Shown: positions 1-13,139, counted from the first letter of the stretch. The stretch is 64,000 bases of DNA from Felis catus (GCF_018350175.1 NC_058368.1:117492001-117556000); one strand, 5' to 3'. Made by a program: numbers and translations. Notes: generated by a model from the letters alone, not told the origin.

Positions 1-454
1 GATGGTGCTCCCTCCCACCTGCCAGCACAGGTGCTGGGCCTGATGGATAGGATGAAGGGACATACTCTGGATTGGGGCTGGGGAGGAAGTGCTGCCTCCT
101 CTCTCTGCCCAAACACTGGCACTGCACTAGGTTTACCTGACATAGTAGAATCTCCTGAAATAGGACTTAGGTAGCTCTGTGATACTTGCTGTTGTGGGTT
201 CCGTGAGTGGAGCCCCCACCCCCCACATTTCCTGCTTCAAGATTTAAACATCTTGACCTCTGTTACTCTTCACTGGGAGACCGGTATGAGGCGTGAACCC
301 ATAGTCTCTCCTTCACCAGCCCAGCAGCAGAGCTGGGGGCAAAGAAGGTGGAATTTTCCAGTGTTCCTACTTCACAGCAGAAGGACTCCCTGACTTAAAT
401 TCCACAGCTGCTATGGTCACTACCTGTGGGTCAGGGAAAGGCACTTTGGGTGGC

Positions 455-669
455 AGTTTAGTTGTTAGGGTTTAGCTCTGCAGTCAGATAGACCTGAGTT
501 CAAATCCTAACTCCTCTACCTACTAGCTGTGTGACATAGAGGAAGTGGCTAAACCTCTCTGGATCTCTGTTTTCTTGTCTGAAAAGTGGATAATTATAGT
601 ACCTGCCCCATAGGATTGCTGAAGATTAAATGAGATGTGAGAAAATACACGTAGTAAGTACTTAACTAT
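455..669 (+). mobile_element. MIR SINE relic
   Basis: Degenerate MIR core: GACCTGAGTTCAAATCC...CTAGCTGTGTGAC...AACCTCTCTG...ATAATTATAGTACCTGCCCCATAGGATTGCTGAAGATTAAATGAG. Confidence 0.85.
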
Positions 670-689
670 TAGTTAATGAAAATTTAAAA

Positions 690-863
690 ATATTTACCTA
701 TCTTTGAGAGAGGGGGGAAGGTCAGACAGAGAGGGAGACAGAGAATCCCCAAGCTGTCAGCACAGAACCTGACACAGGGCTCGAACCCACAAACCGTGAG
801 AGAATGACCCAAGCCAAAATCAAGTATCAGAAGCTTAACTTGAGTGAGCCACCCATGTGCCTC
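690..863 (-). mobile_element. Can-SINE (SINEC)
   Basis: Reverse-complement Can-SINE body; 20-bp TSD TAGTTAATGAAAATTTAAAA at 670-689 and 864-883. Confidence 0.95.
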
Positions 864-1794
864 TAGTTAATGAAAATTTAAAAGCAGAGCTCAGTCCTGG
901 GCCTGAACCCCACTGTGTGGCTGATCTCAGGCCCATGTTGCAGACATTACCTCTCAGATCTGACTGGCTTTGTTCACCCCATCACTGCCCCCCAAAGTCC
1001 CAAGCCTCTGACTCCCAGGCAGAAAACAAATGTATAGCCCACCCTCTACCTGCAGAGCTGGAAAAATTCTTCCCTCCAGCCACAAGCTGCAGTTCCTAAG
1101 GCTCCCACCCCCATCTTCCCACCTTTGCCCCCAAGCCCAAGGTGGCTATACACAGCGAATCCTTGTGGAGGAATGGCCTGAGGCACCTTGTCAAGGGTAG
1201 GAATGGAGAGAGAAGGTCGAAGTGTATCTCAGACAAGACTGTCACAGGGAAGAAAGCAGAAACGAGAGTGAAGACTCTACACAAATACAGAGTAAGAGTT
1301 TCTGTGGATGGTAAATGCTTTGGAGGAACACATGGGTGAGGTACACAGATGAAGAAGGTCCATGAACCTTCTGAAAGTGTATTCCAAGAGAGGATTCATG
1401 GCCTTCTGCAGATTCTCTGTGGGATCTAGGACCCCAAATCTGCTACAAACCACTATGGACTCTGGCCCAGAAGTCAGGAGATCTGGGCTTTAAATCTTGT
1501 CTGCCTCTCACTCCTCAGCCAGCAACCTTCCTCCTCAGTTTCCCCACCTGCTCCATGAGGAAGTTAGACCAACTGAGGTCTGTGGCCCAGGTCGGGCATT
1601 CCAGGTTTCTGTGAAATCTGATGAGCAGTGATAGAGAGAATAACCAGAACTGAGCCTTGGGAGGCAGATTCCCAGGAAAGTGAGAGGGGGCCTCATCCCA
1701 CCCCTTCCCAGAAGCTGACTTGGTCCATCAGCCAACATGTCAGCCAGCCAGCCGACAGAAACTGAGCTGCATCCCTCCACCAACCAGGGAGGCT

Positions 1795-1808
1795 GTTGCC
1801 ATGGCAAC
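1795..1808. promoter_or_regulatory. Perfect palindromic RFX X-box motif (candidate site)
   Basis: GTTGCCATGGCAAC in non-repeat sequence; function not shown. Confidence 0.5.
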
Positions 1809-2626
1809 TTCATATTTATCCACTTTAGCTCCTAATTAAGGGGAAAAGCATATAACATATTGGATGTCAAGGAGGCTTTGTGAGCCTCAATTTAGCAGCC
1901 GTGCCTGGATGTCAACCTCAAGCGTGATTGCTGTTAATCACCTTCCAAATTACCTAGACAGGTCACAAAGGGAAAGGTCTCCAGCAGTGGGGGGAAGCTG
2001 GGCCCAGGGGAGATGAAGTGGTAGGGAGGGCAGGAGGGGAGAGCTGTTGGATATCATGACCTAGGGGGCTGCTGTGTGAATCTTGGCTCTGAGGCTGTGT
2101 GATGATAAGGTCTGTGGGGACAGGGGCTAGGTCTGTTCCCCATGACCCTGAGTCAGGGATCTCTACCCTGGGGACTCACAAATCAAGGCTCTTGGTCTGT
2201 AGAGAAGGACTGACTGGTTGATGAACCAAGAAGCATATAAGGACCATCTGGTGGCCTCTGATGTCAGAAGGAAGATTGACAGATGACCAAGGCTGGTGGG
2301 TGCAGGCTGACCTGGTAGCTGATGGGTGGATGATTACCATATGGCAGATGGAAAATCCAATGGAAGGCAATGGCTGGGTGACTGGATTCACGAGTGCATC
2401 TGTGATCTCTGAAAGGAATGCCTGGTCTCTCTACCCCAACTCAGGACTCAGGCATTCTGAGGTACCAGTTTGAGCAAGGCCTGGTGGTGCTTCTCACCTG
2501 CTGTCTGAGCTGTGGCCAGAGCCACATTCCTGGGAGAAGCTTCAGCATGTCCCTGGGGACGTCGGACACAGGGAGTGGAGATTAATAGAGTGAGGTTAGA
2601 AATAGGGACACCAAGGGGAGGGTATC

Positions 2627-2880
2627 AGTAGAGTGGTTAAGAGCATGAGTTATGGGGTCAGGCAGACCTAGGATAGATTTTCAGCTTGGCTATTTACACC
2701 TATGTGACTTTGATCAAGTCACCTAACCTCTCTGTGCTGTGCTTTGTCTCATCTCTCAGATGGGGATGATGATAATTCATACCTCATAGGATGTGGTGAG
2801 ACTTTAACAAGATGATAAATGTAAGAAACTTAGCACCTTGCATGGCACATGGAAGCCCTCAAGAACTATTTAGACATTAT
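2627..2880 (+). mobile_element. MIR, near full length
   Basis: AGTGGTTAAGAGCATG...GTGACTTTGATCAAGTCACCTAACCTCTCTGTG...ACCTCATAGGATGTGGTGAG...GTAAGAAACTTAGCAC. Confidence 0.9.
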
Positions 2881-3218
2881 TAGCAAAAGTGACGGCCCTG
2901 GAAAAGAGAGGCAGGCACATGGTGACTGAAGCCTGGGCCTGAAAGCGGGTGAGGGAGCACTTACTCTCTGTCCACTTTTGGTCAAGGGTCTAAGAGAAAG
3001 AACCATGGAAGGGAACCCTGATGAAGGCAGGGGACAGGCTGGGGTTTGGGTGAGGGTGTGCAGACAATGGAACCTGCTGGGCCTGTGTGTGATGTTTTTC
3101 AGTCTCAGAGTGGGCAGTGGGAGAGGACGTCATTGAACTCAGTCTTGACATCACCTAAGGGCCAGAAAGGAGCTTAGTGCAGCCTGAACTTGGGAGCTCA
3201 TTAGAAGTATTGGGATGA

Positions 3219-3417
3219 GGGGTGTCTGGGTGGCTCTGTCAGTTAAGCATCCGACTTCAGCTCAGGTCATGATCTCGTGATTCGTGACTTTGAGCCCCAT
3301 ATCAGGCTTGCTGCTGTCAGCATGCAGCTCACTTCCGATCTTCTGTCTCCCTCTCTCTGCCCCTCCCCTGCTCTCTCTCTCTCTCTCTCAAAAATAAATA
3401 AAACATTTTTTAAAAAA
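3219..3417 (+). mobile_element. Can-SINE inserted in a MER5-like hAT relic (relic continues to ~3575)
   Basis: GGGGTGTCTGGGTGGCTC head, CT tract, A tail; degenerate TSD AGAAGTATTGGGATGA / AGAATTACCTGGGATGA. Confidence 0.9.
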
Positions 3418-3751
3418 GAGAGAATTACCTGGGATGATTCTATAAGATCTACTGTCTGGGTTCACCCCACATCTCCTGAATGAGAATCTCAGGGGTGGAT
3501 CCCAGGAAACTAGTTAAAAAAAAAAGAAAGAAAACTCCCAGGAAGGTCTGAAATCAGCCAGATCTGGGACTTACGGTTCAAAACTAGAGGCCACAGTGGG
3601 TCAGAGCTGGCCAGAGCTGGAAGAAGGAATAAATAAGCCCTCCCTCAATATGTAAACTTCACCTTTTACATATAGTATCATGGTTCTGCTAAAAAGTATA
3701 TTCAAAAAGAAAAAATTCTGCAGCTAAGAAGTTTGGAAAACATGTATTTTG

Positions 3752-3985
3752 GTAATAATAATAATTACAGCTAACATTTATGGATTGTTGACTGGGAGCC
3801 AGGCACTATCTAAGTGCTTCACATGGATTAGCTTTAATCTTCTCAATCTTTTAATCTTCTCAACTGCCATTGAGATAGATCTTCCCATTTATACAGATGA
3901 GGAAACTGAGGTTCAGAGAGGTATGTCAAAGGTCACATGGTTTGTTAGTGGCAGATCCAGAATTTAAACCTGGGTGGTCTGAATC
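3752..3985 (-). mobile_element. MIR
   Basis: ATAATAATTACAGCTAACATTTATGG...CCCATTTATACAGATGAGGAAACTGAGGTTCAGAGAGG. Confidence 0.9.
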
Positions 3986-5109
3986 CCCATGCGTGGGCTG
4001 CCTTCCCATTCTATAGTTGAGGAAACACAAGTGCCAGAGGAGTGACGTGACTTTCCCAAGGCTCCACAGCAAGTTAGAGGCAGAGGAGGGATTAGAATCC
4101 AGGAACTCTTCTCTTCCTCCTGCCCTCCATCCCCACTCTTCAGACATATTTTGCAGAGAAAAGTTAAGGACAGGCTGGCCTCAGGGAAAGGATCTCAACT
4201 CTGTCCCCCTCTATAGGCAGAGTCCCGGAAATAGCAGGTGGAGTGGACGGATATTGGAAGGTTCCTGACTTGGAGGAGAAGGAGAAGCTTGGGACATGGT
4301 GACCATGGGCCCTGGCAGCCTTGCCGGTCTGGTAGGAGGAGTTGCCGTGCCCTGGTTTCTGCAGATGCGGGCTGCAGCCGTCCTGCTGAATGGGAGGCTA
4401 TTAAGGGAAAATGCTTTGCAAGGAGCTGAGCAGCTGGGAGCAGAGATCGGAGATCATCACAGCCCTGAATGGGGGGCTTTGTCCCCTCAGGGCACAGGCG
4501 GGTTCTTGCTCTCACGGTCTGTGTCTGGAAGGCTGGCTGGTCAAGAGGCCAAGGGTGGTCACCCACAAGGAGGCTCCATTCCCTCTTATGTCCTGTCCCA
4601 TGTCCTCTCCCCTAGCACTGTCCCATATCCAGGGCGGCCAGGCAGTTAAGCACATGGGCCCTGGGGACTGACAGCAGGGCCACTTTCTGTAGGTGTGGAA
4701 ACGTGGGCGTGTTGCTGAAAATCCCAGTTTCCTCATTTGTAAAATGGAACCGATAAGTGTATCTCTTTATAATGTTGTTAGGAAAATCGAGCAAGAACAC
4801 AGAGTCAATGCTTTAGTCGTGCTGGCTCTTGTGCATGTTCTCCCCAGCTGAGATCTTCCTCCTCCTGGCTTATGTCCATCCGGGTGTGAACTCTCAGGTT
4901 TTCCCCTGTCCCCCCAACCCTCAGCAGCCAGGCAGAGGCTCAGGCTGGGTCTCCTTACTGAGAGGGAGGCTGTATGTGAATAGAGGGGGAAACGTCAGGT
5001 CAGGTCCAATCTCGGAAGGAAGAGCACTAAGGACAAAATGCAAACTCCAGCCTGTGATGTGTGATCGCCTCCGATCCCACTACCACTCTGGATATTCTTG
5101 AAGCCTTAC

Positions 5110-5430
5110 ATCTGCCTGTTCTCTCCTCCCCAGGCCTTCACCAGGTCTGTGTCCTCTGCCTGGAAAGCGCTTTCCCCAAGTAACTCCTACCTGTCCTCCA
5201 TACCGTAGATTAGACAATCCTGCTTTCCCTTACACCAGCGTATTCGATGTGCCTCCCGCTCTCGAGCTAAAAAGCACCCTGCCCCCTATCCTCTAGACCA
5301 TGAGCTCTGTGAGGGTAGGGTCTTTGATCTGTTTACTAATCTCCCAGCCTGTAGCATGGGGCCTGATCCAGAATAGTCAATCTATAAATACTTGTTAGAA
5401 GAAGGTGTGAGTGAATGAATACATGAATAA
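5110..5430 (+). mobile_element. L2 LINE 3' end
   Basis: TAGACCATGAGCTCTGTGAGGGTAGGG...ATAAATACTTGTT...GAATGAATACATGAAT tail. Confidence 0.75.
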
Positions 5431-5624
5431 CTGGAATGGCTCAGGCTGGAAAGTGGAGGCAGAATGTCTGATAGGATGAAGAGAACGGGGAATGGGTGCT
5501 TTAGAAAGAACTGTAAACAATGTCAAATGTTCTCTCCCCAGGAGAAGGACCCAAGCTGACCTCCTCTCTTGGGAACACAGCCTTGAAGTTAGGCCGCCAG
5601 CGTCTAGCCTTATCCTCATAGGCA

Positions 5625-5885
5625 GTGTTTACTAAGGACCTACTGTCAGCTAAATGTGCAACATTTTATACACGCATTTATGGTGTGCTTACCTCATTTT
5701 AAAAGCACCTTTGTGAGATAGGAACCATAATTATCTTCAGTGCGCTAAATAGAAAACTGAGGTCCAGGGAAGTGGAGACCCCTTGCCCTGGGTCACACAG
5801 CTAGCAAATGGTAGGACTGGAGGGCAATGAGCATCCAGGCATGTCTTTTTGATCCTAGAACTAGAGCTCTTAACCACTAGACCAA
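5625..5885 (-). mobile_element. MIR
   Basis: GAAAACTGAGGTCCAGGGAAGTGG...CTTGCCCTGGGTCACACAGCTAGCAAATGG...GCTCTTAACCACTA. Confidence 0.85.
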
Positions 5886-7079
5886 ATTGCCTTCCCTGCA
5901 AGATAGAACGGAAGTCACCCTCCCACTTCTCAGGAAGTGGAAGTTGCTGGGAAACGAAGCTGGAGAAAGTTCAGACCAAACGTTCAGTTAGTGTTTAGTG
6001 AGCAACCACAGTGCACGGGGCCCGGCAGGAAATGCAGAATTGGCGGCCAGCCCGGCCAGCTAGCTCCCCATCTGAGCAGACAGACAGACAGACCCCAGGA
6101 AGAGGGGCGGGTGATGATAGCCGGTTTGGGGGGGTGCCAGCCCATGTGGTGGCAACAGCTGGCATTCGTCACCAGCAGCTCGAGGGTGGACGGTGGTGGG
6201 CCCCGAGAACAGGGCACAGGTACACAGAGTTGTTCTTGGAGGGGCTATTTGGAAGGCTTTGCACATTGGAGGCTTAATCACTCGGCATTTGCTGAGCTCA
6301 GATGGTGGCTTCTTGGCACTCAAGGCACTGACAGGGGTGACTTCTATGCCCATCCCCAGAGAGGAAGTTTTTCTGCTTCTTAGGGCTCAGCAGAGCACTC
6401 TAACTTGCTCATTGTCTCCCAGCGGCTACAGGATTCCAAGCTTTCACGGTGCCCTTCTCTCCTGCCGGATGTAAATGTCATCCTTTTAGCAGAGCGCAGA
6501 GCCCCTCATTCTGTGGGAGACCCTGGGGGCTGCTCTCCCTGATTGTCCAGTGGGCTGGAAGCAGGCAGCCCATTAGGCTCAGCCTTCGGCCGTGTAGACA
6601 TTACCCAGCGAGGTGTGAGGAGTGGCAGTGGTGGGGCCACTCTGCAGAGTGCTAATTTCTCTCCACTCCTCAGGAGAAGTATGGCTCCTCAGTTGGGGGT
6701 ACTGTCACATCCCTGTCCATGTCCTAGTGTCATCAGGCTGAGAGGTGAACACAGCAGGAAGGGCACAGACTCCTGCACTCAGAGCTGGGACCTGGAGCAT
6801 TCTGAGAAATGGGAGGCACAACCCTGAAGTTCCCATGGTTTGGTGGCTTGACTCAAGATGGCAACCTTCTTAACCCACATGCAGCCTTCTCTGGTGCCAC
6901 AGGACTAAGCCAGGGCCAGGTGTAGTGCCAGAGTAAGGGTCTGGCACCAGGTGCAGCTAGGAGATCATCATGGGTTGGAGAAAGGGCTGGGTCAGATGAG
7001 AGGTAAGGACTGGAAAGGCAGGCAAGAGGTGGGGTGGGAACCACCCCTCCCCAGCGGTGGAGACTAGTATGAGGATGCA

Positions 7080-7335
7080 GGGGGGCCGGGGCAGGGGGGT
7101 TGGGGAGAGATTGGTAGTGGAGGTAGGTGAGGGTTGGAGTTGGAAATGGGATTGGGATTGTTATTGCTGTTAGGGTAAGAATTTGAGGTGGACCTTGGCT
7201 TGATTTTGATACCAGGGAACAGGATTGGGGGTGAAGTTGTAGTTGGGATGGGGGTTGGTGTTAGGGTTGGAGATGAGGTAGGAGTCAATAGGCCTGCTGT
7301 TTGTGTGAGAGCTGAGGTCAGGTGAGACAACATTT
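7080..7335. repeat. G/T-rich degenerate hexamer tract (TTGGGA/TTAGGG-like) with G-runs
   Basis: GGGTTGGAGTTGGAAATGGGATTGGGATTG...GGGGTTGGTGTTAGGGTTGGAG; PN/PT periodicity in the minus-strand ORFs. Confidence 0.55.
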
Positions 7336-7356
7336 GGCTCAGAATTAGATTGGAAA

Positions 7357-7577
7357 GGGGTGCCTGGATGGCTCAGTTGAGCGTTTGACTTTGGCACGGG
7401 TCATTATCTCACAGTTGTTGAGTTTGAGCCCCACATTGGGCTCTGTGCTGACAGTTTAGAGCCTGGGGCCTGTTTCAGATTCTGTGTCTCACTCTCTCTC
7501 TGCCCCTCCCCTACTCGTGCTCTGTGTCTCTCTCTTTCTCTCAAAAGTATATAAACATTTTAAAATTTTTTAATAAA
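7357..7577 (+). mobile_element. Can-SINE
   Basis: Full head, CT tract, A tail; TSD AGAATTAGATT(A)GGAAA at 7341-7356 and 7578-7594. Confidence 0.95.
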
Positions 7578-8514
7578 AGAATTAGATTAGGAAAGGGTGG
7601 GAACCAAGTTTTCTCTTCACTGACCAGTGTGTGCACTTTCTCAATAGGTGGAAAACCCAAAGTGGGACAACTGGGGCTGTCTTAGAACTCATCTGCCATC
7701 GACCACCTGTCTCCTCCACTTACCTCCACCTTCCCACCCTTACTCTCTTCTCCTTTGAGTCCCAGTTCCTGCTGTTGGGCAGAGGCAAGGCTCACGTATC
7801 ATCTCCTTCCTGACCATGGCAGATGGGGCTGAGGACTGCGCTGTGTTCTTTTTCAAGCAGCTGCTTTATCGCAGAGTCTTCCAGTTTCAAGAACTGAGCA
7901 AGACCCGAGGCATTCTGGGTAGGGCTCCATCAGCTGGGCCCTCATCCTAGGGGTGAATGGGGACATGGAGTGCCCCTCCCACTCCTTCCTGGCCCTTGCC
8001 AGGGCCCTGACCTCTCTCCTCCTTTCTGTAGAGGTCCCAGCCCCTGCATGCCCCTTCTCGCTTCTCAGGGTGACAACCTGACATCCTCTGGCACTCAGTG
8101 CTGGGGTCAGGCTTTTAAAGCTGTCATTGGGGAGACCGTGGCCCCTCTCCTACTCGTTCCCCTGCCCCAGTGTCCCTTCATGCAGAAACAGGCATCAGGG
8201 CATGAAACAGAGGACGACTGTGGCACTGTGCTGCCTTTTAAATGCAGGCAATTAGTGGCTGAATAAAATATAGAACGAGCATCTCTGCCTGCTTCTGGCA
8301 GGAGCTCACGGAAAGCTGCCCGGATTAGGGACCCCAGGAATGGACTGAGGAACAGAAGGTGGTAATCCCAATCTACTGCTCTGGAGCCTTTTGCTGGGAC
8401 AAAGTCTCAGGGAAGAGGGGCTCAAAGACTCCTAATAGGCTGGTCAGCCTCATTAGAGAGTTAGGGAGTGCAGGGGAGCTATGGGGGTCTTGTGGGAGTC
8501 AATAGAGAGGCCTG

Positions 8515-8705
8515 CAGAATAGCAAGAAGCAGAGGACAGTGGCTTTGGAGCACAACAAACCTAGATTTGCACCCTGGCTCTGCCACTTAACAGCTGTGTG
8601 ACAGAGGCAGGCTGCTCACCCTTTCCAAGCCTCAGTTACCTTGGCTGAAGAATGGGGATGATAATAGTCGTACCAACCTCTCAATGATATTGCTAGATTT
8701 AAACA
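8515..8705 (+). mobile_element. MIR
   Basis: CCCTGGCTCTGCCACTTAACAGCTGTGTGAC...AAGCCTCAGTT...AATGGGGATGATAATAGT. Confidence 0.85.
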
Positions 8706-11700
8706 ATAAATGCTCCACATCTCCCAAAAAGAGGCTCCCCCAAAAGGGAGTGAGGCTGTGGCCAGAAAGGGTTAGAGATACTGCTGAGAGGTCATGCATA
8801 GGTGGGAGGATAGACCCTGGAAGGGAATTGGAAGCCTAGGGAAAGCTAAGCCAATTTCACTCCTGGGCTCTTGCCTCACCGATGCTCCCCTTGGGTGTTC
8901 TAGAGAGAAATAGGTGGTTAGACTGAGACCTTTAGAGTGGGAAGAGGAAGAACTTACTTCTAGCCACTGTGTAAGCCCCCATTTATTCTTCCCCCCACTG
9001 CCATCCTACTGGGTTGCCATGTATAGATAACCACCTTGGATAACTCATGTAACCTCCTGGAGCCTCAGTTTCCCCTGCAGTGTGGCTTTAACAGCAGCAT
9101 GTTCCTTTATCCTAGTGCTCTGTAACAAATGCACTATCCTCACAGAATTGTGGCACCTTCCTTCCTTCACCCACTGGTCTCTCCCATACTGCTCCCATGC
9201 TGAGCAGAGTCCTCACCTGGGTGCTTTTTGGGGAAAGGGGCAGGGTCATGAAGCAGCTCAGCAGATGGCAGCTGGGGAGACAGAAGAGACTGGGCCAGGA
9301 GCTGGGACAGCCAGTCTCTTGGCTCCTGCTCCCACGTGGACCCCCATCCTAAAGCTCCAGCTCAGCCCTTTTCTTTAAATAAAAGCAATGACGTCATCCT
9401 TGTTCTTAGCTGCTGAGCTAGAAGGAGGTGATCTGAGATACTGCGGAGGGGAAGCAAGAGATGCTGGGGCTGGGGGTAGGGAACCCAAGGGGCGGATAAA
9501 GGACAGATACCAAGCCCCCCTAGAAATACCTGTATGTGTGTGTGTCCCGGGGTTCACCCACATGTACGTGTTAGGCAAACTGCAGACTCACAAAATGTTA
9601 GAGCAGAGATGGAACTTCATTGTGCTGCTAAAAAAAAAAAAAAAAAGCAGAGGCTTATAGATTCTGTGGTAGAGTTAGACAGATCTAGACAAGGCTCTTT
9701 ATGTTTCTGAGTCTCAGTTTTCTCATCTGTAAAATGGAAGTAACATTGAGGTTGACCTTGCAAGCATTTTGGGTGAAAGGATTAAAAGGGATAGGGAAGG
9801 ATTTGGGGTGAAAGGATTAAAAGCGGAGACTCTAAGGAGCCCCATCCTATGGCCTTTCACTGCATTCATGTTCCTGATCCATCCCATAGCCCCTTTACCC
9901 ACATTCAGCATCCCCTGAATCCTTAGCCAATGTCCTGTAACTCTATCCCAGGTCCCCTCCATCCCTGGCACCTAAACACCTGGCACATAGTAGGTGCTCA
10001 AATAAATAGTGGCTAACATGATTATGATTGGGCAGAAGCGATGCTGTCAGCAAAAGATGGCTGAGCTGGCATCAGGAGGCCTCCCCTGGCATCAGCCCAA
10101 CCCTTCCCAGCAGAAATCCTGGGTCTGGGCTCTGCCAGGCAAGGGGCTATTTGGTCCTCACTATCTATCTCTTTGGGCCCAGCTGTCAGCAGCTCCCCTC
10201 TGGTCCCAGGGGGCCTGGGAACCACTTCTTCTCTTCCTCTCTTGGTACGGTTCTGGGTCCTTCTGTGGAAGCCCTGGGTTATTTTCCCTGAACATCTCTG
10301 AAGCCTCCCCTCAGGGTTTGCTTGGGCTCCTGGCAGCATCTGAGCTCTCACTCCTGGGTGACAGCTCCTGTTCCTTCTTGGGGTCTCTTTTCCTCCCCAC
10401 CCCCACCTTCAGTGCCTCCCCATCTTTTTGATCATCTGTTCCCTTCTCTGCGCATTCCCTCCTCAGTCCCTCTTTCTTTCTCCTGTTTTGGTCTCTTGGA
10501 TGTCTGTCTCTATTCAGTCTCTATGCCTGCTTCTTCCCTGTTTTCCTGCTCTGTCCCTGTCAATGATATTAACCCTCTTGCTGTCTCTCTCTGCCAATTG
10601 CAATATCTTTCTCCATCCCTACACGGTGTGCCCATCCTTGAGCAAAGGCCCAAGGGGCCAGGTCAGGCCTGTTATTCAGAAGGGAAGGGCCCCCCACCAG
10701 CCCTCTTCCCCAGCCCGTGTGGGGTGCAGCCCTGGCTCTCTCTGCTTCCTGAGCACGGGTGTGTGTGGGCCGAGGGCAGAAGGCCCATCTTGCCTGTCAT
10801 CTGGAGAGACGTGTGTGCAAATGTTAGCTCTATGGCTCTGATTCAGCTCCCGGGCGGCTGGCTGCAGAACATGATGACGGAAGGGGGTGATGGGGACCCA
10901 GAAAAGAGAGCTGGGCTCAAGATGGAGTTCTGGGACTTTCACAGAGGACCTGGGCTACCTAGGAAGGACCCTGGGTGGGATAATGGAGGGAGGGGTGGGA
11001 GTCACAGGATGCAATTATGTAGACTGGATGGGGCAAATGGGAAGAAGTTTCAGTGAAGGGTGGGGATAGAAGGGGGCATTGGGTGGGATGAAGGGAACTG
11101 TGGGTGGGATGGAGGGGACCTAGGATAGAGTTACAGGACATTGGCTAAGGATCTAGGGGATGGTAAATGTGGGTGAAGGGGCTATGGGATGGATCAGGAA
11201 CATGGATGCAGTGAAAGGCCATGGGATGGGGCTCCTTGGGGCATCCCCTTGCCTGCCCCTCACCCGTCTCCCCATTGGCACCCCCTGCCAGGCTTCCCTG
11301 CCCCCATTGCTGTTTTGCTGCTTCTAGCCCTTTACCTCTCAGTCTCTAGGCTTGTTCATCTCTGCTCTCCACCCCTCCATCTCCCCACCCCCCCGACAGA
11401 GCAGTTTTGAGTGCTAACTGCCCTTTCCATTTAGGACATTCCCCTATAGATCCCCTCATCACTTTGGTCTGGTTCTGAGGGTGGACAGGACCACCTCCTC
11501 CTGCAGAGACCTGTCTGTCTGGTCCAGAAAGAAGTGGTCCAGTTTCCACTTGTCCTGGTCTGGTGGAATCCGCAGATCGCCTGAGGAGCCTGTGGTAGTT
11601 CCTGAGCCTGGAGTCTGTGAGCTGGGTATTCTGCTGGTGAGGATCAGAGCAGGGATGGTGTCCCCAGCACATTCTAGTCAGTACTGCTGGACTCTCAGTA

Positions 11701-11884
11701 GGTGCCCAGGGCCTGTGTGTGTCCGGACCATAGATAGTACATGCAGTCAACTTAGGGCCAAATTTGCCACCCACTTCTCTTCCCCAGGACATTCATCCCA
11801 TGTCTGTATATCCACAAGGGGCCTGGTGGGGGCCACTATTATCCTAGAATTTGGAGAGAGGAGGCCAATTTCAAAATATATCAT

Positions 11885-12100
11885 AATGAGGATAGTAATA
11901 CTGGCAAAATTACTGGGAGCTTACTCTGTGCGAGCCTTTAGGGAGGCTCTGTACATTTTTAATTCAAAGAAAATTTTCACAACTATCTCTGAGGTGGGCA
12001 TTATTTTTATCCCCACTTTCCAGAGAAAGAAACTGAGGTTCATATATGTTAAGTCACCTGCCTATATTCATACCAGGGCCATTTGCCTCCACAGCTTGTG
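11885..12100 (-). mobile_element. MIR
   Basis: GAGCTTACTCTGTGC...ATTATTTTTATCCCCACTTTCCAGAGAAAGAAACTGAGGTT. Confidence 0.8.
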
Positions 12101-13139
12101 CTCTGAACCCCTGCAGACCCTGCAAAACTCCCACAGACAACCCCTGTGGTGGGACCCTGGGAGGTGTGAGTGATGGAGCTGGGTGCTCATGGCTCTTCCC
12201 CCAAAGCCTGGGACAGCCTTCCGGGGTTCAAGAAGCACTTCCAGCCCGGCATGGACCTCGAGATGCCCCTGCCTCCACCAACACCCTCAGAAAGCCGTTA
12301 ATTGGCTACCTTTGTAGCCAATGGGGGGAGGGGGGGGTTGACCTAAATTTAGGCTACTTTCTCAGGCTGTGGATGAGAACATGGGGTGGCAGTGAGGGGC
12401 TGGCCAGGGTCCACTCCTGACTCATCAGCCCTGCCCCACGAGCAGCAGGACCCCTGGCAGGCTGTGGAAATGCACAAAGACCACCCCCCCTCCCCGTCTC
12501 TGTGTGGGTGCACTGGGCTGCTGTGTTCCTGTGGCGCCGGTGGGTGCGTGACGATGGCAGCTCCCACCCGAGCGACAGAGCCGTGAACAGAAGGGGCGAG
12601 CTGCCGGCAGCTTTAAATAGCTCCTTGCTGTATCTCACTTGCTGAAGCCCCACCCCCCCCCAAGTCTGGCTGCCCCAGGGAGGGGCTGTGTGAGCCCCAG
12701 AAATGAGGCCAAGAGAGAGGGGCTCAACCCCCCCTCCAATTCGGAAACACCTTCCAGTGACGGAAATGTCTGCCAAACGACACCTGTTCATCACTATGCC
12801 TAAGAGGCACAGCCCACTTTTTCCCTTGGGTTGGGGTAGGGAGGGGGGGAGGGGGTCCTGGAAATCTCTTACAGGACTGTGTATTGTCAGGGGAGAGGCT
12901 CTGCCTGGGCCTGTATCTTGGCTGCAAGGATGCAGCAGGCAGATTTCCATTCAGCCCCTTCCTTAAGGGGGGGTGCACTGGTCCCATCCACTGTGACTCT
13001 AAGAAGCAGCCCACCCCCCGTTTCCAAGCGCAGTCAGTGTTGACCCCTTGCTCATCATCTCACCTCCTCACTTTAACCTACCTGTGTCTACACACAGACC
13101 TTGATGATTTGACCCTGCAACCATATCCCCCATCACTCA

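Noticed and set aside
2180..2580. Possible additional L3/CR1 relic
   Set aside because: Resemblance too weak to support without an alignment.
10322..12173. ORFs of 244 aa and 230 aa
   Set aside because: Non-ATG starts; low-complexity C/T- and G/A-rich DNA; the second runs through a MIR; no protein similarity recognised.
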